Assembly: GCA_963702095.1 (NCBI GenBank)
Contig: OY969706.1
Span: 928,001 to 992,000 of the forward strand
Origin: Candidatus Bathyarchaeota archaeon
Lineage (GTDB): Archaea; Thermoproteota; Bathyarchaeia; Bathyarchaeales; Bathycorpusculaceae
Reading direction: 5' to 3'
DNA length: 64,000 bases
Below, one piece after another: positions 1-10,429 of the stretch. How positions within the stretch are numbered: the stretch's first letter is position 1; each line of letters starts with the position of its first letter. The notes beneath the pieces are model-generated. The model was not told where the DNA came from and did no database searches. It saw nothing but the letters and a program-made list of their open reading frames with translations. The translations under genes were made by a program, and so were the position numbers.

Positions 1-8
1 GTAGTGCC

Positions 9-60
9 TTGAAACCCCAAAAGTAACAGTTGAAAGGTTTTCTTTTCAAAAACCCATAAA
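9..60 (+). promoter_or_regulatory. Candidate operator and promoter of the wHTH membrane protein
   Basis: TTGAAA at 9 and 30 (21 bp apart); TTGAAA-N8-TTTCAA palindrome at 30-49, directly before AAACC-CATAAA (BRE/TATA-like). Confidence 0.4.
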
Positions 61-99
61 TCCCGTCAAGCCCATCAAGCCACCATCGAGGCTAATCCT

Positions 100-1065
100 T
101 TGCCAGCGCAAGAGGACAACGAAACCTACTCAGTAATATACGCGGCGCTAAAGCATCCTGCACGCCGAAGAATCCTCCGCATGTTAGACGAAAAAGAATA
201 CACCTATACAGAGATCCTTAACACGTTGGGTTTAGACACAGGGCATCTTAACTTTTACTTGGAAGGTTTAGGAGAGCTTGTTACCAAAACTGAAGAAGGC
301 AGATACCGACTCTCCGAGTTTGGCAAAGCAGCAGTGGCTTTAATGGCAGGGGTTGAAGAGACTGAGAATAACAGACCGCTAAGAGGAAAAGTTTGGCGCT
401 CCAAGCGTAGGATGGCGGTTGCTGTTGAGGTTTTGGCTGTTGTTGCGTTGGTTGCTGCAGCATTGGTTTTCTCAAACGTCCATGACACATCCGAATACTA
501 CTATGGCGCAACATCCAAACAGGCTGTTTTAGGGCCAAACGGCGCTTTAGCCATCAACGATTTCGTTTCAGAACATGAGTTCCCAACTAACACTTCCACC
601 CAGAACTACAGGGTGCTCTACCGAATCAGCGTAACAACAAATGCCAGTCTGTGGATTCAACTCATCGGCGGCGCAACCGGCTCTACACCTCAACCCAACC
701 TTGAAACTCTTCCAAGCGGTGCCTACGTTCTATACGACCAAAAACATGTAGAACCAATCCGTTCTGATGGAACTACCATAGGTTACAACGTAGATATCCC
801 CCTCTCACCAGATATGGCGGGCAATGGAATCGACGGTTTACCCTACGAAGTCCGCATAGAAAACCTCGGACAAACAACAACCATGCAGGAAACAAAGCCA
901 AACCACTCTGCACGGGTAGATGTCGTAACTCAATACCCACTCATCCAAGAAACCGATACCCCATACTATTATGTGGGCATCGCATTCTTTGTGGTGGCGT
1001 TGATTGTGGCGCTATTGCCCGTTTTACCAGTGTTAATGGACAAATTTCGCCGTAACAGTCATTAG
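100..1065 (+). CDS. Membrane-tethered ArsR-like winged-helix regulator with extracellular domain
   Basis: N-terminal ALKHPARRRILRML...LNFYLEGLGELV...YRLSEFG wHTH, TM helix at about aa 105-125, soluble domain, C-terminal TM. Confidence 0.8.
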   Translation: MPAQEDNETYSVIYAALKHPARRRILRMLDEKEYTYTEILNTLGLDTGHLNFYLEGLGELVTKTEEGRYRLSEFGKAAVALMAGVEETENNRPLRGKVWRSKRRMAVAVEVLAVVALVAAALVFSNVHDTSEYYYGATSKQAVLGPNGALAINDFVSEHEFPTNTSTQNYRVLYRISVTTNASLWIQLIGGATGSTPQPNLETLPSGAYVLYDQKHVEPIRSDGTTIGYNVDIPLSPDMAGNGIDGLPYEVRIENLGQTTTMQETKPNHSARVDVVTQYPLIQETDTPYYYVGIAFFVVALIVALLPVLPVLMDKFRRNSH

Positions 1066-1066
1066 G

Positions 1067-1669
1067 TTACTTCATCGGTTGCCGCAGCACCGTTTTTAGT
1101 TTTTCTGGCACCGTCTTCTGTGGATTGCTTATGTAGATTTCATGGTGTTTACCGCTTAACTCGTGGCCGCTTGCTTTTATGGCAGCGTGGAGTTTTTGGA
1201 TGTTCTCTGCTTCAGCCGAGTAAGGCCCAATATGCATAATCTGCGCCGCTTTGCCCTCATGTAAACATTCAAACAGCACCTTATCGAGCGCTGGCAGGTT
1301 CTTTTTGCGCACTTGCTCCACGGCAGCTTTGAAGTCGTCTTCGGCGACGTATTGGGGCTGCATGATCATCGCCGTCCACTTCCACTCATCCTTGCGTTCG
1401 GCGCTAAATTTGGTCATGTCGTCAACCCACCAGAGACCTTCGAGCGGCGCTACGCCGTAGTCGACGCCTTTGCCCTTCTTAACGATGAACTTCAGCGCAT
1501 ACGCCAACGGATAGAGCGTCTGCGCCGCATCCATATACTCCTGCGAAGAGGGCGCACCTTGCCCATCAATCATCAAAAAATTCATATCAGGGACGTCTAC
1601 GATTGTAACCTCCTTGGCTGAGGGGTTGTAGAGGGCTTTGAGTTCTTTTTTGAAGTCAATTTTATCCAA
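1067..1669 (-). CDS. GyrI-like small-molecule-binding domain protein
   Basis: KIDFKKELKALY, PLEGLWW, WKWTAMIMQP, HIGPY, GKHHEIY motifs. Confidence 0.85.
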   Translation of the reverse strand: MDKIDFKKELKALYNPSAKEVTIVDVPDMNFLMIDGQGAPSSQEYMDAAQTLYPLAYALKFIVKKGKGVDYGVAPLEGLWWVDDMTKFSAERKDEWKWTAMIMQPQYVAEDDFKAAVEQVRKKNLPALDKVLFECLHEGKAAQIMHIGPYSAEAENIQKLHAAIKASGHELSGKHHEIYISNPQKTVPEKLKTVLRQPMK

Positions 1670-1750
1670 TCTGACACCTGCAACTGATTTTTAGGTAGTG
1701 AGGAAATAAAAAACTACTGAAACCAGCCTTTGGTGACAGGGAAAAGTGTC

Positions 1751-2267
1751 TTAGATTGTGAAGTTCAAATCTATTTGGGCTTCAAGAATATTCGTGTTCA
1801 CGGTTGAGCTGCCCACCAGTATAATATATTGTCCGCTTGGCAGGGAAAGGTTGAGGTTGTCTGACGCCATCGGGTACATGTCTTTGTTGTAGCATGGGCT
1901 GGCATTTTGGGCGTTTAGGTAGTTGAGGAATTCCTTTTGGCTCCAAATGGTCATGGTTGCTGCGCTGTTGGTGCTGTTGTTTATGACGGTGTAGTTGCCT
2001 TGGAGAACTGCGGACTTGGCGTTGTCTGGAACATAGAAACCGCTGAAGTAGCAGCCGTCTGGGTTAAGAACGATTGAACCACAAAGCACATGCTGAGTAT
2101 ATTGCCCCGGAGCATAAGCATCCATACATGAGCCGCCACTGCCGTTTGCCCTGGGTTGCACTAAGTAAACCCGAAGTCAAGACAACCGTGATTAAAACTG
2201 CAACTGTGACTGCCACTGCCATGTTTCTCCAATACCGTTTCGTTTTAATTGGATTTTGATTAGTCAT
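1751..2267 (-). CDS. Membrane-anchored hypothetical protein, split by one frameshift near 2150
   Basis: N-terminal TM in ORF 2064..2291 continues into ORF 1751..2161 if one G is removed from CCAGGGC. Confidence 0.6.
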
Positions 2268-2383
2268 TGGTGACGTTTCAATAAAGGACATTTTTCGGTC
2301 AGAGAACCTAAAAGTGCATTTGAGATAAGAGTCCTAGTACGTCTTGGAGAAACCAGACATAACAAGTATAATCGCTGGGGGAG

Positions 2384-2500
2384 ATTGAGGGCAAGCCTTC
2401 CTGGGCGAAAACTGCCTCCACTGCTTCGGGTGCCTGCAATGGTGCCCAAAACACGCCATACAAGCAGGAACAATAACAGTTGGCAAACCAAGACGTTTTC
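2384..2500 (+). pseudogene. Fragment of an EFR1-like ferredoxin C-terminus
   Basis: Manual translation IEGKPSW / GENCLHCFGCLQWCPKHAIQAGTITVGKPR (CxxCxxCxxxCP); no upstream gene body. Confidence 0.6.
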
Positions 2501-2887
2501 CAGCTTGGAAAAAGCCTTCGCGAATGGGTCCTGCCTAGTGCCCGATTGCAATTCGCTGTTCACTGCTGTTTGCACTATGGCTTGTGCTGAAAACGCACTG
2601 GTTGCATATTGGTTTCCACGGGAAGCGCGCCTCTGGGTGCGTTTTTCGCCATCATATTAGGCTCCAAATATCAGATGTATGCACAAATCAGTAGAGGGAG
2701 GGTTCCTGTGCGGTGGGAAGGTGCGTTTTACGCATTTGTGTTGGCACGCAGAATCCTATATAGAGGGATAAGGTTCTTTTGGTGGAGTGAGTAGCCATTA
2801 AATGTTGGAAATTACCCGCTTTTTGTAGGGGAGGGCGGTTGTGGCTGAGCAACAAGCGCTGTTTATTTGCTGAGCCTTTTTCAAGCG

Positions 2888-3083
2888 CAAACGAGATATG
2901 CTTCCACATCCACACCGCGGCGGCTTCAAAATGGAGCCATGCAGACCATGTGGAGAAAAACACACTCGCCACACCGAAACAGGCAGTGAAAAACAACGCA
3001 ACCAAAAAAAGAAGCAAACGCCTCCACCGCCCATCTTGTGGCACCCCGCAAACTACCACACTCACATAAAGAGAGCGAGAAAA
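2888..3083. repeat. Dispersed intergenic repeat family A, copy 1
   Basis: Colinear with the reverse complement of 40889-41075. Confidence 0.8.
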
Positions 3084-3094
3084 GAAAATTTGGT

Positions 3095-4219
3095 TTATTC
3101 AGCAGCTGCTGACGAATCCACGATTGCCTTGATTTCTTTGTTAAGGGCATCGGGCAAGCCAAGGATGCTAACATCCATGAAGCCTCGGATAATCAGTGAA
3201 ACCGCCTGTTCACGCGACAGCCGCCGAGTCATGAGGTAAGTGATTTCTTTTTCGCTGATTTTGCCCACTGCAGCTTCATGGGTGATTTCGACGCCTTTCT
3301 TGGTGGCGATAAGCTCTGGGATGGATTGCATGAAGGATTCGTTGTCTAAGATTAAGCCTTTGCATTCTAAGTGGCCTTTGCAGTCGGGGGTGTGGCCTTC
3401 GATCATGCCGCGGATAATCATTTTGGAGCCTTCTCGGGTGATGGCTCGGCTGACCATTTCGGCTTTGCTTCCCTGCCCCGTTAAGACCGCTTTGGAGCCA
3501 ATGTCAAGCAAGCTGTTTTTGTGGCCGTAGAGGATGCTGTTGAAGCTTGCTCGACTGTTGTTGCCTTTACAGTAGGCGACTGGGTACATTTGTGAGTCTC
3601 GCACGGGGCGCATGCAGACATAGTTGGATACGAAAGTGGCGTTGTCCTCTATTTCAGTGGCGCTTCTGGGACGGACCAGTGTTTGTTCGCTCCACTGGTG
3701 AATCATGGTAAAGTTAAGCATGGCGCCTTTTTTAACGTAGATTTCAGAGATGCCTATGTGCGAAGCATTGGGTACAGTGGAGTGCTGTAAGCAGCTGGTG
3801 ATGATGTGTGCTTTGGAGTCTTCTTCAGCGATAATGATGTTGTGGACACGCTGCTCAAGGTTCTTCTGCGTGATTAACAGGCAACTCTGGAGTGGAAAAG
3901 CGATTTCTGCGCCTTTCATGATGCGCATGAAGTAGCCGCCGCTGTAGTCTTCCGCCACCTTCTTGGTGTATTCGTCTTTGTCTTTGCTTACAAGCTTCCA
4001 GCGGTACTCTTCAAGCCATGGATACTTTTTAAGCGCCGCCTTGGTGTCCATGAGTTCTATTTTGCCTTCGTAGGCTTCGTTAACTTTTGAAGCGATGGTC
4101 TGCTGGTCCATATGCACGAAGGTTCCTGAGCGGTTTTTCTCTTGTAGTTCAAGCCCTGCTTTTTGAGCTTCTTGGAGTATCTGATGAGGAAGTTTAGTTA
4201 GTTCGCTTTCACTTTGCAT
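3095..4219 (-). CDS. sufB: SufB/SufD-family Fe-S scaffold (minimal archaeal SUF, SmsB type)
   Basis: FPLQSCL, QRVHNIII, GHLECKGL, THEAAVGKI, LIIRGF; coupled to sufC. Confidence 0.92.
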   Translation of the reverse strand: MQSESELTKLPHQILQEAQKAGLELQEKNRSGTFVHMDQQTIASKVNEAYEGKIELMDTKAALKKYPWLEEYRWKLVSKDKDEYTKKVAEDYSGGYFMRIMKGAEIAFPLQSCLLITQKNLEQRVHNIIIAEEDSKAHIITSCLQHSTVPNASHIGISEIYVKKGAMLNFTMIHQWSEQTLVRPRSATEIEDNATFVSNYVCMRPVRDSQMYPVAYCKGNNSRASFNSILYGHKNSLLDIGSKAVLTGQGSKAEMVSRAITREGSKMIIRGMIEGHTPDCKGHLECKGLILDNESFMQSIPELIATKKGVEITHEAAVGKISEKEITYLMTRRLSREQAVSLIIRGFMDVSILGLPDALNKEIKAIVDSSAAAE

Positions 4220-4970
4220 TTTTCCATCCCTCGCTTGTTCTTACTCTGCAAGCTACACACTCTTCATAACCCATCTCTTTTATGTCGTTGTAGATACGCA
4301 TGGGGTCTTTGAAGCAGTGGAACTGCCCGTTTAGCAGTATACAGCCATAAGAGGCTTTGATGTACTCTAAAATGTCCCCTTTATGAGTTATAATCAACGC
4401 TGAGGCGCCTGAGGATTCCACGTACTTTTGGATTTCAGTGGCAATCATCCGCAAACTCTCCACATCCACGCCCGAATCAGGTTCATCAAGCAAAAGCAGT
4501 TTAGGCCTAAGGAAGATGAGCTGCAGGATTTCCGAGCGTTTCCGTTCGCCGCCGCTAAAACCCAAGTTCACATCACGGTTCAGGAAGTTGGTCAGGCGGA
4601 AAGCTTCTATCTGCGCCGTCTCCTCTGAGCTGAATTCATCAGATGCGGTTTTGCCTAAGCAGAGCTTTAGCAAGTCCCCCAGTTTAACCCCTGTTATTTC
4701 AGGGGGATTCTGGAAACTCACGATTATACCAAGTTTTGCCCGCACATCGACGGTTTTATCGGTGATGTCGATGCCTTGGAAGAGGATTTTGCCAGATGAA
4801 ACTTCATAGCCTGGCAAACCCATCAGGGTGCTGATAAGGGTTGTTTTTCCTGAGCCGTTGGGTCCGAACAGTATGTGGCTGGCGCGTTCTTGTAGGTTGA
4901 AGTTCAAGTTTTTTAGGATAAGCTTGCCTTCAACTTTAACGGATAAATCTTTAACTTCAAGTAGGTCCAT
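4209..4970 (-). CDS. sufC: SufC-type ABC ATPase
   Basis: GPNGSGKT, RDVNLGFSGGERKRSE, LLDEPDSGVD, C-terminal CVAC. Confidence 0.92.
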   Translation of the reverse strand: MDLLEVKDLSVKVEGKLILKNLNFNLQERASHILFGPNGSGKTTLISTLMGLPGYEVSSGKILFQGIDITDKTVDVRAKLGIIVSFQNPPEITGVKLGDLLKLCLGKTASDEFSSEETAQIEAFRLTNFLNRDVNLGFSGGERKRSEILQLIFLRPKLLLLDEPDSGVDVESLRMIATEIQKYVESSGASALIITHKGDILEYIKASYGCILLNGQFHCFKDPMRIYNDIKEMGYEECVACRVRTSEGWKNAK

Positions 4971-5107
4971 TGGAGGTCACAATAGAAATGTTGCTAAAGA
5001 ACATAAGCTTTTTTGAGTCAAAGTATGATTTGTTCTTAAAAGTACGTTATTAGAGACCAAGCGGTTCTAAATCATAAACTATTATAGTTGTCACAGCCAA
5101 TACCCTT

Positions 5108-5644
5108 TTGATGTACCGCTTTGTAGCTTTCTTAAGAGGCATAAATGTTGGCGGACGCACAGTAACAAAACAAACGCTACAGGCTGCCTTCGAATCCCTC
5201 GGGTTCACCAGCATCTCCACGTTTAGACAAAGTGGCAACATCATTTTTGAGTCTCAAACCGTCGACGCTGAAGCAATCAGAACCCAAATCCAAGACCAAT
5301 TACGCCAAGTTTTAGGCTACGAAGTTTTGGTCTTCCCACGCACTTTTGCCCAACTCCAAGAAATAGTCGCCTGCGACCCCTTTAGAGACCAAGATAGAGA
5401 GGGCTCGAGTTTTCTAGTGACTTTTCTCGGCTGTACGTTACCGGTTTTTCCGTTGCAGTTGCCCCTTACGATCCCCAAGTCTACTGCACAAGTGATTTCG
5501 GCGCAAAGCACAGAGTTTTTCAGTGTTACTCATGGGGGCGGTGAGGGTGCGTTGCCTAACACGTTTATGGAGTCGAAACTTGGGGTTAAAGCAACCACAC
5601 GAAACTTCAACGTTATTAGGGCTATCGTTGAAAAATATGGGTAG
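5108..5644 (+). CDS. DUF1697 family protein
   Basis: VAFLRGINVGG, QSGNIIF, ATTRNFN. Confidence 0.85.
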   Translation: MMYRFVAFLRGINVGGRTVTKQTLQAAFESLGFTSISTFRQSGNIIFESQTVDAEAIRTQIQDQLRQVLGYEVLVFPRTFAQLQEIVACDPFRDQDREGSSFLVTFLGCTLPVFPLQLPLTIPKSTAQVISAQSTEFFSVTHGGGEGALPNTFMESKLGVKATTRNFNVIRAIVEKYG

Positions 5645-5676
5645 GATGCAGTTTTTTGCTGTGTTGATTTGGCTCC

Positions 5677-6066
5677 CTACTGCTTGACAGGGCTAGCATT
5701 TTTTGTGTTCATGATTTTAGCCAGTGATATAACAAACGTGCTGATGCGTTCGTCAGCTTGCCCAAAATCCATAACCGACGTAATAGTGGTAACTGGAGTG
5801 CCCGCATCAATCTTTATGTTAGTTGTTTTCTCATTTACCTTTGACGCATGTATTATAAGCGTTGAACTGTACGAGAGGAAACTGCTCTGAGTTTTAACCT
5901 TCAAAAGGTGTGCGTTGTCATCTTTTTCCTCTATTTCCCATTTTAGCTCCGCTAAAGCCTCGGGAATAGCCCTCCAGATGTCTTCAAGTGGAAAATCGGC
6001 TTCGAGTTCCTGTTTTGTTGTTCTAAGATAAGCCATTTTTTCCTCAAACACACTTCTGGGTGGCAT
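5677..6066 (-). CDS. Hypothetical protein
   Basis: Protein-like 129-aa ORF; start may be 6036. Confidence 0.6.
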   Translation of the reverse strand: MPPRSVFEEKMAYLRTTKQELEADFPLEDIWRAIPEALAELKWEIEEKDDNAHLLKVKTQSSFLSYSSTLIIHASKVNEKTTNIKIDAGTPVTTITSVMDFGQADERISTFVISLAKIMNTKNASPVKQ

Positions 6067-6099
6067 TCATATAACTGTTATTTCCAAGAGTTTGCTGAA

Positions 6100-6270
6100 G
6101 GGTTGTTGCCGAAGGCCTTTGCGACCTAAAGCCTATTTTTTCTATTGTAAGAAGAAGAGAGAGTCTGCCTTGCTCATCATCTTCCTATGAGCTTGGTGGG
6201 TGGTTGTGTTTGTATTTTGCAATAGAGAAGAACTGCTGGCTGGTTGAGGCGGTTTCCTCAAGCAGAAGCA
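6100..6270 (-). repeat. Dispersed intergenic repeat family B, copy 1
   Basis: Reverse strand TTCTGCTTGAGGAAACCGCCTCAACCAGCCAGCAG...GAAGATGATGAGCAAGG...TAGAAAAA matches 23329, 36510, 51191, 60056, 63063. Confidence 0.85.
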
Positions 6271-6285
6271 CGCCAAAGCATTGGT

Positions 6286-7790
6286 TCACTGCTCTGAATG
6301 CTTGGTTCTCACTAACCAAACAATCAAGCCCAAAAAACCAAGCAAAGCCGCAATAACACCTGCTGCGATATAGGGAAGATATTCCGTATAAACAAGCGGT
6401 GGGCTACTGTTTTGTGCTTGGCTGATTTTGACTTGGTGGGTGCTGTGGTGGTAGGTGAACATTATTATCCATGCGTCGTCGTCCGAGGTTACGGTACAGT
6501 TTATTTGGCTGTCGTCAAGGTAGACTTTGATTTCGTCACCGTTTGGCATGAAACTCTTGCTTATGGTTGCTTTGACGTAGCCTGTGGTGCCGGTTGTGCC
6601 GTTGACGTTGAAACTGATTTCGGGAACTGAACTGTTAAACGAGAATGCGCTAACAGTGCTGTTGGATTCTACGTTGAAACTGTTGGAGTAATCAGTGATT
6701 GTTGCGTTCGGTTCTTGGGTTGACGTCGGAGTTGGGGTGGGAGTCATTGTTGGAAGTTGTGAGAGTAGGCTTGGGTCAGGCATTGCTTGAGGGTTTGGCT
6801 CATTTAGGATTGGAGTATAAACGATTTTTTGAGTTGGGTCACTGGTTTTGTCGATGAACGATTGGGCTATCAACGAGGTGTCTGTTGTGCCCCACCAGTT
6901 ATAGGCCATGTTAATGGTTCTTTGAGTGCCGTTGAACTCAACTGATGCGGCATATTGGTTGCCGTAAATGTTGTTATATGTTACATCTTTGCGTTCTGTG
7001 CCCCTGTAAAACGTGTAGCTGGTAAACCTGAACCCGAACGTGTTGTTGACGACGGTGTTGTTTGCTATGTTGAGGTGGCTGCCCCAGTCTTCGATGCCGA
7101 TTGTATTGTTAACTACCAAGTTTCCGATTATGGTGGGGTGATAGATGGGGTCAGGTGAACCGAAGCCGCAGCAGATGCCAACATTAGCATCTTTAACTAT
7201 GTTGAAGTAGATTGAGGCGTTCTCTGCCTCTATCCCTCGGTATCCACCCATAACCGTGTTGTTTATGACTAATCCGTTAGTGCGTATGGATGCTGCATCA
7301 TTATTGTAATTGTAAACTATGTTGTTTGAGATTTTGGGGGTGCCTCCCAAGATTGCTTCATATTGGAAGGTGGGCACATGAATCTCCGCATGGTCGATGA
7401 TGCAACCGGTGCCATTGGCTTCGTCCCAAGGTGTGCTGCTGGGGGCAAAGTATATTCGGGGCGCCACGAGCGTGTTAAACGCTGTTCTGCTTGGATAACT
7501 ATTCTGCTGGCATCGTCTCCTATAGCCCGTAGTGTTCCCTCGATAATGAATGAGGTAAGCTTAAGGTCCACAACAGTGCCCGGCAATACCGTTAGGGTAA
7601 CACCGCCTGCAACCGTGAAATTGTCACCCACCAAAGTGTAGGGGCTTCCTTGCGGCGTCCAAGTTGCGTCGGCGGTGAGTGTTCCGCTGACTTGGGTGCC
7701 AACTTGTCCATATGCTGAGTCTACCGCGAAAAGTGTTGCACTTGCCAAGAGGAGAAATACAAGAAGGGCGGAAACGGTTTTTCTTTCCAT
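6286..7790 (-). CDS. Secreted right-handed beta-helix (NosD/pectin-lyase-like) protein with PT linker and C-terminal TM; frameshift near 7465
   Basis: Signal peptide, WTPQGSPY, NN-x-I-x-NN repeats, YNWWGTTD, PTPT linker, YHHSTH domain, C-terminal TM. Confidence 0.75.
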
Positions 7791-7906
7791 ACAAGCCTTA
7801 TCATAGTGGGCGCTTTAATTGTTTACTGAAATGGGCAGATGTAGGTTCACCCATGTTAACACATATTTGTATTAACAACTTTTCCGCCAAATTACTTGGT
7901 GATTTT

Positions 7907-8368
7907 TTGGTACTTGAAAACCAAACGGAACCAAACAGAGTCATGGGTCCAGTGGACTACCTCATTGTAGGGTTTCCTGGAAACAATTTCAGCGGCAAAA
8001 TCGCCCCCGAACTCTCTGCACTCGAAAACAAAGGACTCATACGCGTGATCGATCTAGTGTTTGTCTACAAGGATACTAACGGAAAAATATTGACCACTGA
8101 AGCTAAGGACTTGGCGGGTGAAGCAGGTGTGGCGTATGCGGCGTTCGCGAGGAATACAATGGAATGGTTCTATGAGGGCGACATAAACGCGCTTGCATCA
8201 ACGTTGCCGAATAACAGTTCTGCTTTACTTCTACTATATGAGAACGTTTGGGCAGTCAGTTTCAAGAAGGCGCTGCTAGAGGCAGATGCAGAATTAATTG
8301 ACATGGGCCGTATTCCGCCTGACGCAATTGAGAAGGAACAGGAATTGATGGCAAGCGGAGGTAGCTAA
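7907..8368 (+). CDS. DUF6325/DUF1269-like protein
   Basis: MGPVDYLIVGFPGN, IRVIDLVFV, LLYENVWA, GRIP; GGTGA RBS before TTG 7907. Confidence 0.8.
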   Translation: MVLENQTEPNRVMGPVDYLIVGFPGNNFSGKIAPELSALENKGLIRVIDLVFVYKDTNGKILTTEAKDLAGEAGVAYAAFARNTMEWFYEGDINALASTLPNNSSALLLLYENVWAVSFKKALLEADAELIDMGRIPPDAIEKEQELMASGGS

Positions 8369-8372
8369 AAAG

Positions 8373-8642
8373 ATGCGTGGAAGAGGACTTATGTTAGTTG
8401 CAGGTATGCGGGCAGGAGAACGAAGGGCAACGGCGGCACAGGAACAGCAGCAACAAGCTCAACAGGCACAAGCACAGGCTTACCAGCAGGGCGTGCAGGC
8501 ACAGCAGCAAGCCTCCCCCCAACCGGCAGCACCACCGCAGAAAGACGTAGTCGCTGAACTGCAGAAACTAGGCGACCTTCACATTTCAGGCGTTCTAAGC
8601 GATGAAGAATTCGCTACCGCTAAAAAGAAACTGCTAAGCTAA
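8373..8642 (+). CDS. SHOCT domain protein with Gln/Ala-rich linker
   Basis: ELQKLGDLHISGVLSDEEFATAKKKLL. Confidence 0.85.
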   Translation: MRGRGLMLVAGMRAGERRATAAQEQQQQAQQAQAQAYQQGVQAQQQASPQPAAPPQKDVVAELQKLGDLHISGVLSDEEFATAKKKLLS

Positions 8643-8660
8643 CCCATATTTCCTTTCTTT

Positions 8661-9128
8661 TTATTTGCCATGTTTTGCCGGTTGCAGTGCTCTTCTAGCT
8701 ACGCCTATCCCGCTAACAGTTGAAAAAACCAGTAGCCCAACAAGCAATGCCAACTTCAGAACCGTGAACTGCTCCCCAATCGCAATCAAAACCAGTACAA
8801 TGGGCACTACAGAAATCAAAACATAAATAAAGGGAAACAGCTTCAACGCCTTCCTGTTAACATTCTCTTTTCCTCTTTTAGTGAAAAAAACATCGAACAT
8901 TTTACCCATGCCTATGGTGCAGGTTTTGCAGTAGAAGCATGAAACGCAGCCTTTCTTGCCGATTTCATAGTAGATCAAAAACCCTAACACCGCAGCAAAG
9001 GCTAAGCCTGCAAAAACGTTGAAGAGCATGCAGACAGCTGCCCCCACCAAAATCCAGGTTATGACTACCAAGTTGCCCAAGTACAGTTCGGTTTTGGTGT
9101 ATTCTCTTTTTTCTTTATCTGCTGTCAT
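8661..9128 (-). CDS. 4-TM membrane protein with Cys cluster
   Basis: Hydrophobic helices; CVSCFYCKTC; 4-bp overlap with upstream gene. Confidence 0.75.
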   Translation of the reverse strand: MTADKEKREYTKTELYLGNLVVITWILVGAAVCMLFNVFAGLAFAAVLGFLIYYEIGKKGCVSCFYCKTCTIGMGKMFDVFFTKRGKENVNRKALKLFPFIYVLISVVPIVLVLIAIGEQFTVLKLALLVGLLVFSTVSGIGVARRALQPAKHGK

Positions 9129-10429
9129 CTTACTTTTCCTGTGTTTGTTCTGATAATCTGTTTTGCTACCTTTAAGGCTAATGCAGAAGTCGTTAGCATA
9201 GCGGGCAAACCTTGGGAGCGAGGCATAAGTGAGAGGTCCGCAACCCAGAGGTCCTCTGGGAGTCCACGGGGACGCATGGTTTTAACGTCTGCCGCAGTCA
9301 AAGGAACAGTGCCGCCGATGTGGCCGCCATGTACCATCCCATCAACGAATGGACCCAAAACCCCTGATGCCGCCATAATCGCCTTCGCTTTCACCTTAGC
9401 TTCTTCTAAGCGTTTCTTGTCCAGTTCAGTCAGGGATTTAGTGACGGAGCCATCCGCCGCTACTGAGCCCTTTTCCACGTCGGCAAGCTTTATCATCATG
9501 CCTACACGGTTCTCGGCTGCTACGTCTTTCCAGGGTTTATGGAACCAGTATGACAGTATATCGAAGTAGGGCGAGAGGATGTAGTTTTCTTCTTTTATGT
9601 ACCACACCATCGGCGGTTCGTTTAGCATCTTTGCGTCTTTGCAGACGCCGCCCACAGTCAAAAGCACATCCACCCACAATGTGTCGCTAACCGGCAAGTT
9701 TGAAGCCCGAAGAATCCGAGCGGTGCCTATGCCGCCTGCAGAAAGAACCACAACATCAGCGTCCACGCGTTCAGTTGAGGCGCCATGAGTCACCATGACG
9801 CCTTTGGTCTTGCCATCTTCAACAACCACTTTCTGCACCCTGTGCTCCGTCTGCAAGGTGATGCCTTTCCCAAGCAGGTCGCGGTAGACGCGTCGGCTAT
9901 CCCATTTAGCTCCGGTGGCACAGCCCAATTCGCAGTAGCCGCAACCGACGCATTTTTGTAGGTCACAGACTTTGGGGGTTGGTTGGGGGTTGACGCCTTG
10001 TTTCTGTGCTTCATCGAACATTTTTTGGCTCAGAGGACGCCAACGCTCGCGGGGAATGGTGCAAATGGATAGGTTGTGCTCTATCTCTTCATACTCAACT
10101 GAGAGGTCTAAGCCGATTTCTCTTAAACCACGCTCAGCCCGCACCATGTCTCCGCAAGCCAGTGAGGTGCATCCGCCCTCGGTTACCCCGATAAAAATCG
10201 CCAAATCCTCGCTCGAACGCAAAGTCTGGTAGTGGGGGAAAAACCGTTTTATCGCGTTTTCGTCTTTTATTAGCCGTGAACCCCTCAAGCCGCTGAACCA
10301 CGAAATCTTGTGAGTAAGTGGGCTGAAGGATTTGCCCGCTTCGAGAATGGTTACTTCATATCCGTTTTGCGCCAGTTTGCGTGCGGCTGTTGCGCCGCCT
10401 GCGCCTGAACCCACCACTATCGCTTTCAT
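9125..10429 (-). CDS. GMC-like FAD oxidoreductase with 4Fe-4S motif
   Basis: IVVGSGAGG, CVGCGYCELGC, LSAGGIGT, HIGGT, VADLSLMP. Confidence 0.85.
   Translation of the reverse strand: MKAIVVGSGAGGATAARKLAQNGYEVTILEAGKSFSPLTHKISWFSGLRGSRLIKDENAIKRFFPHYQTLRSSEDLAIFIGVTEGGCTSLACGDMVRAERGLREIGLDLSVEYEEIEHNLSICTIPRERWRPLSQKMFDEAQKQGVNPQPTPKVCDLQKCVGCGYCELGCATGAKWDSRRVYRDLLGKGITLQTEHRVQKVVVEDGKTKGVMVTHGASTERVDADVVVLSAGGIGTARILRASNLPVSDTLWVDVLLTVGGVCKDAKMLNEPPMVWYIKEENYILSPYFDILSYWFHKPWKDVAAENRVGMMIKLADVEKGSVAADGSVTKSLTELDKKRLEEAKVKAKAIMAASGVLGPFVDGMVHGGHIGGTVPLTAADVKTMRPRGLPEDLWVADLSLMPRSQGLPAMLTTSALALKVAKQIIRTNTGKVR

Noticed and set aside
2688-3239. ORFs 2688..3065, 2898..3239 and similar ones at 40723..41166 as a protein family
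   Set aside because: Similarity appears in several frames on both strands with inconsistent starts, so it reflects DNA repeat A
8430-8540. CAG/GCA-rich repeat
   Set aside because: Gln/Ala low-complexity linker of the SHOCT protein
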